Virus record (IMG/VR): IMGVR_UViG_3300020599_000004
Location: 32,001-96,000 of that record
Direction: 5' to 3' (one strand)
Origin: a virus
DNA: 64,000 nt
Positions 1-8,076 of the stretch are shown here, piece after piece (positions within the stretch are counted from its first letter, which is position 1; each line of letters opens with the position of its first letter). Made by a program: the position numbers and the translations under genes. The notes beneath the pieces were generated by a model. That model saw only the letters and a program-made list of their open reading frames with translations. It was not told the DNA's origin and searched no databases.

Positions 1-39
1 TCAGGGGTTAAAGGAAATACCTGATCCATGGCGAGCTTC

Positions 40-276
40 CTAGACGTTATGGCCAAAGGGCCTCTGCCCCATGATTTCCAGAGGACTCGCCCAGAACGGG
101 TAAGAGCCATCGGCCTTTGTTGAGAGCTTATACGCCTGTTCTTGCCCTGGCTTGTGTTCGATCACGTACAGCTTCTGACCGGGTCTTGCGTGCAGGAACG
201 CCGGGTGGTCTCCTGTCGCTGCGGTGATCAATTCTTTCGTTGCCCAGACCTCTTGACCTATTTCGTAAAGAGCCAT
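40..276 (-). CDS. hypothetical protein, 78 aa
   Basis: ORF track; GGGGAG RBS upstream; lies just downstream of the hairpin closing the radical SAM operon. Confidence 0.7.
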   Translation of the reverse strand: MALYEIGQEVWATKELITAATGDHPAFLHARPGQKLYVIEHKPGQEQAYKLSTKADGSYPFWASPLEIMGQRPFGHNV

Positions 277-292
277 GTTACTCCCCTTCTGA

Positions 293-332
293 CATAAAAG
301 GTTGCCGGGGGTAAAGACCCCCGGCTTATGTC
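293..332. terminator. GC-rich hairpin terminator, probably bidirectional
   Basis: GCCGGGGG-taaaga-CCCCCGGC at 304-325, flanked by GACATAA and TTATGTC. Confidence 0.7.
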
Positions 333-334
333 CC

Positions 335-1354
335 CTAATCCTGCTTGACGATACGGTCGAACATCTCTTTTATCCGGCAGTCGCTGCTTAAACCATCGGC
401 AATGAAGCTGTGATGGAGGAAGCAGCGCAGTCCGCACCGCCCGTAGTACTCACACGCTAGGCAGTTATATTTTTCAATGAATGCCATCTCTGCCTTAGCC
501 TTGGCCGCCAACCCTTCTGCCTCATCAAGGATGGCGTTCTTCCCTGCCTCAGACCAACAGGTCGACACGATATTGTCCTTGTTGACAATCTTCGTGGAGC
601 GACAGGTGGTCTCGTTGAACAGGTTTTCACGCCAATCCCTGACAGGCAGGGAGTTGGGGTATTTCTCATTCAGTAACAGGTAGAGGTCACTGATCATGTC
701 CTCGTCCGGCTGAATGTACTCGTACATCGTGGAGGGGATGTAGTGGTCAAAGTACACAGTGAAGTTCTCGCACATCCACTGCATCTCTTTACCTTCCTTC
801 CCCTCCAGGAAGGACTGGATGTTCTGCTTGGTGATCACGACGTTGACCGTGTCGATGTAGTTCTGCAACAGATGGAGATTGCGCAGGAACATCTGACGGT
901 TGTTTTTATCGAATCGACCCGCAGGGTCGTACGAGGTAGCCAGATCAATGATACGGCCTGGGGCGTACTCTCGCAGCAATGCAATCAGACGCATAACCCG
1001 GTTGATGTTCTCGTACGCAAGGTTGGTACCCCACACGAGTTTGACCTCGGTGAAGTGATCCAACACACGTTTACCGGCTTCCAGGTAATGGTCGAACATC
1101 CCATCTGGGATATCGTCACTGAAGAGTTCACCGCCGGTGAAGTTCACTACGTACGGCAAGTCTCCTGGGGTTGAGTCCGTCAGTCGCTTTACCTTGAGCA
1201 GGATTTCCTCACCGGACATCCCCACACGGGAATCGTGGTCCTGATGACAGAACGAGCAGCTCATGTTACACTTCTCGAACAGGATCAGGTGGGCTTCCTT
1301 GTACTTGCCCTTCTTCTGGGCCAGGATATCTACCACGGGAATGAGATCTACCAC
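335..1354 (-). CDS. radical SAM / SPASM-domain protein, 339 aa
   Basis: CNMSCSFC (Cx3Cx2C) at aa 29-36, FTGGELF motif, C-terminal C-x14-C and CLACEYYGRCGLRC (Cx2Cx5Cx3C). Confidence 0.92.
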   Translation of the reverse strand: MVDLIPVVDILAQKKGKYKEAHLILFEKCNMSCSFCHQDHDSRVGMSGEEILLKVKRLTDSTPGDLPYVVNFTGGELFSDDIPDGMFDHYLEAGKRVLDHFTEVKLVWGTNLAYENINRVMRLIALLREYAPGRIIDLATSYDPAGRFDKNNRQMFLRNLHLLQNYIDTVNVVITKQNIQSFLEGKEGKEMQWMCENFTVYFDHYIPSTMYEYIQPDEDMISDLYLLLNEKYPNSLPVRDWRENLFNETTCRSTKIVNKDNIVSTCWSEAGKNAILDEAEGLAAKAKAEMAFIEKYNCLACEYYGRCGLRCFLHHSFIADGLSSDCRIKEMFDRIVKQD

Positions 1355-2409
1355 GTCGACTCCTCCATCAGGTGCTTGAGTTCTTCTTCGTCTGCTCGCA
1401 AGGCGTAACGAATCAGGTTCTCGTCGTACTTGATGGCGTCCATGTGACCCAGCCGGAAACCGTCTTTGCCGTTATCGAAGATGAACCGCAGACGTTTCAG
1501 GCAGAGTTCAGGATCAGTCAAGTCGTCCGTGGATTCAAAGCAGGTCAACAGGTTACGGTTACGTTTCGCCGCGGGCTGATCCCCGCAGTCATCCAAAACC
1601 TTGATGATGCTCTTGACCAGATCGATCATCCACTCGTCTGGCATCTCATATTGGAGTACGTTGGGCAGACGCAACATGGGGTCCGTAAGGTGTCCCAGGT
1701 TCTGGCAGGCCTCAAAGGTGCTAGGCATGTCCAGCAGGGCGTCTAAATTGACGCCTGAGAGGTGCCAACGGGTATCGTCCATGATGACCCGCCCCCAATC
1801 GTCCATCGCGTCATGCGTGTTATTGAGGGCCGTACGGCGTTGCAGGTTCAGTAGGGTGTCAGGGATACTTCCCACAACGCCAAATGCCCGCAGTCGCATG
1901 ATCCGCCATTCCAGGGAAACCTCTTCAGGAGATTCCTCGTAGAGCTTGCGCAGAACAGGGATAATCGGCTCGTCAAAGGCATAAAGGCGCTCGACCACTT
2001 CACGCGTAATCGTCACATCGCGGGTATGGTCCGTGCGATTGTCATGAAGATTAATCGTGCTGGTGTCAAATGTCGCCTTGGCGCAAATGAAGAAGTACTT
2101 GAAATGCTCGTAGTCGATGCCAGGGAACAGGGCCTTTACCATGGCGGCAAAGAGCCGGGTGTAGGTGTCGTCATCAGCATAAATGAAAGTCTTCTGACCG
2201 AATGCAATGGCTCGGTCTATGGCATCACCAAATTCTTTCGGTGACATGGCATCCAGGCTGGTCGCATAACCCGCCTGGAAACCACGGACTCTCACCAGCG
2301 GGTGGTCCACATGTTGGAACCCGCTGTGCTTACTGATGTTGATCTGTGCAACTTCCACCTTGTTCCTGAACTCGGCTTCGACGTAGGTCTTACCGAAGAG
2401 ATGGAACAT
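1348..2409 (-). CDS. hypothetical protein of the radical SAM operon, 353 aa
   Basis: Long ORF overlapping both neighbours (7 and 20 nt); no motif recognised. Confidence 0.85.
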   Translation of the reverse strand: MFHLFGKTYVEAEFRNKVEVAQINISKHSGFQHVDHPLVRVRGFQAGYATSLDAMSPKEFGDAIDRAIAFGQKTFIYADDDTYTRLFAAMVKALFPGIDYEHFKYFFICAKATFDTSTINLHDNRTDHTRDVTITREVVERLYAFDEPIIPVLRKLYEESPEEVSLEWRIMRLRAFGVVGSIPDTLLNLQRRTALNNTHDAMDDWGRVIMDDTRWHLSGVNLDALLDMPSTFEACQNLGHLTDPMLRLPNVLQYEMPDEWMIDLVKSIIKVLDDCGDQPAAKRNRNLLTCFESTDDLTDPELCLKRLRFIFDNGKDGFRLGHMDAIKYDENLIRYALRADEEELKHLMEESTW

Positions 2410-3133
2410 TCAGGCTCCCTGCGATCTGGTCGTATCGACTGTTGTCGGCAGCTGCCGCGGCCAGGAACTGCTGCATGGCTTCTTCCCCTTCCATGGCGAT
2501 GAGGCTACCGATGAACAGGGGATTCTCCTTGACAGCAAAGTAGTAGAACAGGTTCTTGCCCGCGAAGATGTACTTGTTGAAGAGCACCTCGTTGTACGAG
2601 TACTCCTCCGGTCGTACGTCTTCCACCAGCAACGCGAAGAACGGATGCTTGATCAGGTTGACGTAGTTCAGTCCTGCCACACTGATGTTCTCGTCCGCGG
2701 GCAGAGCCTGGACGACTTCATCGAATTCACCCGTGGCATACAGGGCAAATAACGGCAGGTTGCGGATACGCTTCATCCAGGTGTCGAGGATGTCACGGTT
2801 TTCTGCAATGAACTCCGTCGGATCGAACGACAGCAGGGAAGGCTTACCCTGCATGTGCAGCAGGATCTGGACCACCGCATCGTCCAGATCCGGTGCCGTA
2901 GCGATCTGGGGCAGGTGCAGGTAATCCTTTACCAACGGCAGAGCGTCTTCGATGCTCTCCAGGTGCAGGCGGCACTTGATGTCCAAATTGGTCAGGTAGA
3001 CCAGCAGGGACTTGTTACGGAACTTGCTGTTCTTGTAGTCGATGACGAACTGGATGTCTTCTTTCTGTTTACGCACCAGGTCTTGCAGCGGAATCGGCGT
3101 AGTGGTAAACAGTACGGTGGTTTCAGTGTTCAT
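2390..3133 (-). CDS. hypothetical protein of the radical SAM operon, 247 aa
   Basis: ORF with GGGGTG RBS, 10 nt after the upstream stop; no motif recognised. Confidence 0.85.
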   Translation of the reverse strand: MNTETTVLFTTTPIPLQDLVRKQKEDIQFVIDYKNSKFRNKSLLVYLTNLDIKCRLHLESIEDALPLVKDYLHLPQIATAPDLDDAVVQILLHMQGKPSLLSFDPTEFIAENRDILDTWMKRIRNLPLFALYATGEFDEVVQALPADENISVAGLNYVNLIKHPFFALLVEDVRPEEYSYNEVLFNKYIFAGKNLFYYFAVKENPLFIGSLIAMEGEEAMQQFLAAAAADNSRYDQIAGSLNVPSLR

Positions 3134-3143
3134 GGTACACCCC

Positions 3144-3716
3144 TTAGCGACGACCGCGGTTACCGTGGCAGTTGTTGTGGCAGCTGTAGTGGCACACGGT
3201 GTTGGTCAGTGTGCCCACCACTGGACCACCCGCCAGGCTCCACCAGCGGTTGTACATGTTGTTGCAGAGATTGGAGACGTCAGCCTGCTCGACCGAGGTA
3301 CCTGCTGGGATCGCGCCCACCAGGGTGCCTGTGCCACCCACACCCGAGGAGAAGTAACCGATGGCATTGCCGTCGTATTGCGTAGTCGTCCAGGGTGCGG
3401 TGTTGTTGACGTTCTGCACAGGTGGGTTGTAGCCGTTGCCGTTGAAGTAGATCACGATGCGTTTGCGGCACAATACGCCAGAAATCGAGGCCACATACGA
3501 GACCGTATCGTTCACGGCTTGGGCACGGATGCTACCATTGCACCAATCCTGACCGGTGTGGGCACGTCCCAGCGGATTCGGGACATTACCGCCGAACCAA
3601 CCCGGCAGAGACCCACTGGGGTAGTTGTTAGCCCCCCAGGCTACCTGCGCGTTGATCTTGTCAATCAGGAGGCCGTTGAGCAGGTTTACGGCATCCACTT
3701 TACTGATGTTGGCCAT
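3144..3716 (-). CDS. 190-aa G/N/T-rich protein with C-terminal (CHxx)3-RGRR tail; candidate modification substrate
   Basis: Ends CHYSCHNNCHGNRGRR; starts 3 nt after the rSAM stop; substrate role is inference. Confidence 0.8.
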   Translation of the reverse strand: MANISKVDAVNLLNGLLIDKINAQVAWGANNYPSGSLPGWFGGNVPNPLGRAHTGQDWCNGSIRAQAVNDTVSYVASISGVLCRKRIVIYFNGNGYNPPVQNVNNTAPWTTTQYDGNAIGYFSSGVGGTGTLVGAIPAGTSVEQADVSNLCNNMYNRWWSLAGGPVVGTLTNTVCHYSCHNNCHGNRGRR

Positions 3717-3719
3717 ATG

Positions 3720-4751
3720 CTACACCTTGATAATCAAATTTGACTGGGCGCTGCGTCCCGAGAGATACCGAAGGGTATTCTTAAGTCCACCACACCGTCC
3801 GTTCTGCCAGGGTAACCGATGGCAGTCTCCACCACAAAGGTCAAAGACATCGCAATGTAAACAACCTGGCTTAAAGTTCAGCTCACAGGCGATCTCATTG
3901 ATGCGACCATCGGACGCCAGAAACTCCAGAGCCCCCTGGGACAAGTGGGCGTGCTTGTGTTCTGTCGCCATGTTAGGGCAACCACCTAACCAACCGTTGG
4001 AGTTGATCGTCACCAGGTTCTGCTCACAATTGCGGCAGTTGGTGTCGACTTTGACGATACCCAGTTCCAACTTCTGCTTGATGGTGTCTAACGTAGTGAT
4101 CTTGTAATTGGGCTGACGCTCGAAGTACCGCTTGTACAAGGCCAGATACCAGTCGTCTTGCTCTACGTTGTCCGGAAAGACGTCTGGGTTGCACTCGGCG
4201 TTGCCTCCTAAGGTAAGGCGCTCCAGCGCCACCTCATCGATCTCCAGTTGGTCCAGTTGGTCTAAGAACCAGTCTGGTGTGGAAGCCACTAGAGGTCGAG
4301 AAACAGATACCTTCAGGTGGATCGTAACCCCAGCACGTTTGAGCATGCCAAGGTTACGTTTCCACAGATCGACTTGTTTTTGGTTGGACCATCTGATCCA
4401 AGGGTCCCAACTGGTCCCGATGTGACCATCGAAATGAACCAGGATGGTGTCGATAATGGCATCAGTCAACTTGAATGTTAAGTTACTGTTGGCACACATG
4501 GAAACATTCGGGTTGCTCGCAAAGTGATCGATGAAGGCGTTGATCTTGGCGAGCGGTACCAGAAAAGGCTCACCCCCGTGAAACTCAATGTGGTATTGCT
4601 CATCTTCGGGGTATTGGGCCATAAAGTCTTTGACCCAGGAAGCCGTTGCCTCCGGGTCGAATTGGGTCTTATCCCCCTGCTTGCCATTGGTGAAGCAATG
4701 GTCACAGTTCAGGTTGCAAGTGCCCGTGGTCTTAACGTAGATCGTCTTCAT
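3720..4751 (-). CDS. radical SAM / SPASM-domain protein, about 343 aa
   Basis: CNLNCDHC, EFHGGEPF, C-x10-G-x4-C, CLHCDVFDLCGGDC; ATG overlaps the upstream TGA (TGATG). Confidence 0.93.
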   Translation of the reverse strand: MKTIYVKTTGTCNLNCDHCFTNGKQGDKTQFDPEATASWVKDFMAQYPEDEQYHIEFHGGEPFLVPLAKINAFIDHFASNPNVSMCANSNLTFKLTDAIIDTILVHFDGHIGTSWDPWIRWSNQKQVDLWKRNLGMLKRAGVTIHLKVSVSRPLVASTPDWFLDQLDQLEIDEVALERLTLGGNAECNPDVFPDNVEQDDWYLALYKRYFERQPNYKITTLDTIKQKLELGIVKVDTNCRNCEQNLVTINSNGWLGGCPNMATEHKHAHLSQGALEFLASDGRINEIACELNFKPGCLHCDVFDLCGGDCHRLPWQNGRCGGLKNTLRYLSGRSAQSNLIIKV

Positions 4752-5305
4752 CAAAGCTTGTCCACGATGAACTTCTCCAGACCGAAGGAGATCATCAGGG
4801 AATCCTCGTGGTTTATCGCCTGGTGCTTCGTGTTGGCCGGGATGAAGAGGGATTCGCCGGGCTTGAGGGTGTATTCACCGTCAAGGGTTCTGAAGGTCTT
4901 GTTGCCCTTCACCATCAAGACCAGGACATCGTCCGGGTCGGTGTGCATCGGGAAGGACAAGGATTCTGCGGGTGAGATGAACAGATGGGCGGTCACCGGA
5001 CCATCGTGTTCAAAGTAATGCTTCAGGAATTCGCAGCATGCGTACAATTCTGCGGAGAGTTTCTCGTAATGCTCGATCTTGATGGGGCAGTCGATGTGAG
5101 CAATCACATCGGAGCAGCTATGGGCTGTTTCACACCCTGCTTCTCCGAGGACGATCTTGACCATGCCTTCTTCGTAGGCATAGAGACTCTCCAGTACCTG
5201 ACGGTGGTGCATCTGCGCCTCAGTCAAGTGAAAGTTGGCAAAGTCTTGATGCTTTCTCACAGCACTGCGGTCCATTTCCTGTCTCCAAAAGTAGGGGTAG
5301 GCCAC
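4751..5305 (-). CDS. JmjC/cupin Fe(II)-2-oxoglutarate oxygenase, 184 aa
   Basis: H121-T-D123...H161 facial triad, K136, FPMHTDPDDVLVLMVKGNK resembling the ROXA/YcfD-type JmjC core. Confidence 0.82.
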   Translation of the reverse strand: MAYPYFWRQEMDRSAVRKHQDFANFHLTEAQMHHRQVLESLYAYEEGMVKIVLGEAGCETAHSCSDVIAHIDCPIKIEHYEKLSAELYACCEFLKHYFEHDGPVTAHLFISPAESLSFPMHTDPDDVLVLMVKGNKTFRTLDGEYTLKPGESLFIPANTKHQAINHEDSLMISFGLEKFIVDKL

Positions 5306-5367
5306 ATCAATGACCTACCCCTTACTTTCTTACTGCCTATGCCCAGTTCCCTAGCAATAAAAAATTG

Positions 5368-6291
5368 TCAGATAAAGTCCTTAGCCCTACGGCGAGCCGT
5401 GGATGCACTGATACCCAATGCTTCAGCTGCTGCACTCGCATGACTGTACGTCACCCCATCGATCACCAGAGGTTTTCTACTCCTGGCTATCGCCGCATCG
5501 ATCTTACCTCGCACACTGGCCTTATAGTCAGGGTCTGCCCACTTAGCCCGCATGGCTGCCCCATGCCGTTCTCTAAACCCCTCTATCTCCCATGTGGCAG
5601 CACCAGATTTCTTCTGGTTGGCAGCATACTCAGGATCTTCCCAGAGCCTCTTGGTGGCGCTGGATAACTTCTTCAGATACTCAGGGTCAGCTGCCAAGCG
5701 TTTCCCAGTTTCGACCCGTCGGGCTTTCACCGCAGGATCGGCGTAGATGTCCTTGATTTTGGATCGGAAGTCAGGGTCCTGCCATTGCGCCTTAGCTGCA
5801 TCGCTCAGCTTCTTACGGGTGTCTTCGTGAGCAGGGCGATACTCCTCGACCATGTGCCGCTGATTTACGCAGTAGGGGTCATTAAACAGCAGATCAACCA
5901 ATCGCTGCTCGACGGTCCTGGCTTCGCCTTCAGTGTTAGTGAAGAGGTAGATCACATCCGGCAACGCCCGTCTGCGGTCATACTCGCACTGGAGTTTCTG
6001 GTTGTAATGCTTGTTGGCCTTTAAGAAGTAAAGGTGCGTACGAGATCGTACCTGTAGGTAATAAGTGCTGCCGATGTAGAACTTACCACTGTTCCTGAAA
6101 TAGAGCACGTAAACCCCACATCGATCACCGGAGTACCTAATTCCACTGAGAGCAGGTCCCACTCCAGCAAACGCCTCAGGGTAGTTACAGTACTCCTCGA
6201 TCTCGTCATCCACCCAGCACCACAGCAGCCGGTGGAACCCGGCTGCTGTCCATTGCTTCAGATTTTCACCGCAATGCATCAGTTCTAACAT
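5368..6291 (-). CDS. free-standing GIY-YIG homing endonuclease (Seg-like), 307 aa
   Basis: GVYVLY...FYIGST, R-x3-H; W-x-DP helical repeats; C-terminal NUMOD1-like KPLVIDGVTY...AAEALGIS; GGAGA RBS. Confidence 0.88.
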   Translation of the reverse strand: MLELMHCGENLKQWTAAGFHRLLWCWVDDEIEEYCNYPEAFAGVGPALSGIRYSGDRCGVYVLYFRNSGKFYIGSTYYLQVRSRTHLYFLKANKHYNQKLQCEYDRRRALPDVIYLFTNTEGEARTVEQRLVDLLFNDPYCVNQRHMVEEYRPAHEDTRKKLSDAAKAQWQDPDFRSKIKDIYADPAVKARRVETGKRLAADPEYLKKLSSATKRLWEDPEYAANQKKSGAATWEIEGFRERHGAAMRAKWADPDYKASVRGKIDAAIARSRKPLVIDGVTYSHASAAAEALGISASTARRRAKDFI

Positions 6292-6362
6292 AGACAGTTC
6301 TCCATGGGGTTACTTTCGTTCACACCATGGAGATACTTGTAAATAAAAACTGTGCATAACCC

Positions 6363-7811
6363 TTACTGCCACTGTGGTGGCCAGAAAGCGCGCCAACCAC
6401 CAGATACTGCCACGTACGCCACTCCACCAGTCACGTAGACGGAACCATCCACGCCGACAGTGTTCTTCGGCGTATAGCGCGCATCGTGGTCACCGCTGTT
6501 GACGTGGTCGTACATGCCACCTGCCGTGAGCAGGATCGCGTCGCTGTTCTGGTTACGCAGTCGCGTGATGGCATTGGGGATGTTCCCCAAACCGACCTGA
6601 GCCTTAGTGACGTTGTGCGGGTTGTTGGTGTTGTTGATGTGACTCGTCAGGGAATTACCCACCAACTGAGCGATGGCTTGAGCCGTACGCAGCGGGGTCA
6701 TGAAGCGATCGTTCGCTGTACCGGCTTGGGCTTCGGCTTGTGTTGCGGTCAGGAAGTTATCGACATTCCCCAAACCGACCTGAGCCTTGGTCGTCTGGTG
6801 GGGGTTGTTCATGTCCTGCAAGTGAGCTGTCAGCTGGTTACCCACAAGCTGGGTAATGGCCGTTTTGGTCAGAGCAGGGGTCATGAACTTGTCGGTGGCA
6901 GTCCCAGCCTGTGCATCGGCGGTGGTGGCTGTGGCGAAGTTATCCACGTTACCCAGGTTGACTTGGGCTTTGGTTACCTTGTGCGGATTGTTAAAGTCCG
7001 ACAAGTGAGGTGACAAGACACTGTTGGCAATGGCCGTTGCTGTCAGACCCGTCAAGTACGGCGTCATGTACTTGTTGTTGACTGTGGCTGCCTGTGCTTC
7101 AGCGTTGGTGGCGATGCCGAAGTTCTGTACCAGACCCAGTCCCACCTGAGCAGCCGTCACCTGGTGAGGGTTGGAAGTGTCATTGACGTGCTGGTTCAGC
7201 TGGCTCTGGAAGCCATCGATCTGTGCCTGCACCTGATCGATCAGGTACTGGAACTGTTGGCGCAGCTCATCGTGCGATGCGGCATCGCCCTGGAGGATGG
7301 CAACACGGATGTACTCCAGCTGCTCACCGATGTACTCCCAGCCGTAGGTATCCCCCAGATCGTGCAGGTGAGGGGTCGGCGGATAGAGGGCAGGTTTGCC
7401 GATGATGTCGCCCCAGTGCACGGGACGTTCATCCAGGTCCAGAGCCTCGAGCATCTCTTGCAGAGCGTAGACCGACCAGGAGAACTCACCCCCCACCACC
7501 TGATAGGTGATCAGGACTTCGTCACCCACGGTCTGGTCGGTAACGTAGACCACCGAGCAGACGTCCAGACCGGTACGAATGGAAGCTTCTTGGTAGGGTT
7601 GCAGCAGCAGGTACTGATCAACAGGTCTGAGGACTTCCCCAGTGTCGGCACGAGTGACCACAACTGAGTCCGTGTAGAAGGGACCACAGTTGGGCACGAA
7701 TGCCCGCTCTTTCGTCGAACCGATCGTGTGGGGTTCGTTGATGACAAGGTTAGTCGGAGACTTTCCCGTCAGATCAAGCGGGTATTTGAAAAGAAGAGGC
7801 TTGGTACCCAT
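6363..7811 (-). CDS. tail fibre-like virion protein, 482 aa
   Basis: Four NPHxxTxAQVxLG repeats; N-terminal YPLDLTGKSPTNLV shared with 14787..16967. Confidence 0.8.
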   Translation of the reverse strand: MGTKPLLFKYPLDLTGKSPTNLVINEPHTIGSTKERAFVPNCGPFYTDSVVVTRADTGEVLRPVDQYLLLQPYQEASIRTGLDVCSVVYVTDQTVGDEVLITYQVVGGEFSWSVYALQEMLEALDLDERPVHWGDIIGKPALYPPTPHLHDLGDTYGWEYIGEQLEYIRVAILQGDAASHDELRQQFQYLIDQVQAQIDGFQSQLNQHVNDTSNPHQVTAAQVGLGLVQNFGIATNAEAQAATVNNKYMTPYLTGLTATAIANSVLSPHLSDFNNPHKVTKAQVNLGNVDNFATATTADAQAGTATDKFMTPALTKTAITQLVGNQLTAHLQDMNNPHQTTKAQVGLGNVDNFLTATQAEAQAGTANDRFMTPLRTAQAIAQLVGNSLTSHINNTNNPHNVTKAQVGLGNIPNAITRLRNQNSDAILLTAGGMYDHVNSGDHDARYTPKNTVGVDGSVYVTGGVAYVAVSGGWRAFWPPQWQ

Positions 7812-8040
7812 CCTTAAGCTCCCGTGGGTTCTGAAACCCCAACTACGAAGGTAGAAGTGGGGTACTGTGTTTGGTAAAAATTTACCGTATGTTCAAAGGA
7901 TTTGAGGAAAACGCTTCCAAGAATCTCTGGTTAAAAACAGAGTAAGGATAAGGGCTCTTTTGCCCTTATCCTTACTCTTCCTTATTCTTCTTTTCTCCTT
8001 AGGTAGGTTTATCTACCTAAGGGTACTGGGAATGATCGAC

Positions 8041-8076
8041 ACGGCTAGGTCCGCAGAGACCTAGCCGTTTATGCCG
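8041..8076. terminator. hairpin plus TTTATGCCG element
   Basis: ACGGCTAGGTC-cgcaga-GACCTAGCCGT then TTATGCCG abutting the stop at 8077. Confidence 0.65.

Noticed and set aside
335-4751. rSAMs as NrdG, QueE, MoaA or viperin-like enzymes
   Set aside because: Both carry full SPASM Cys sets, and no nrdD, que or moa genes are in the window; not fully excluded without phylogeny
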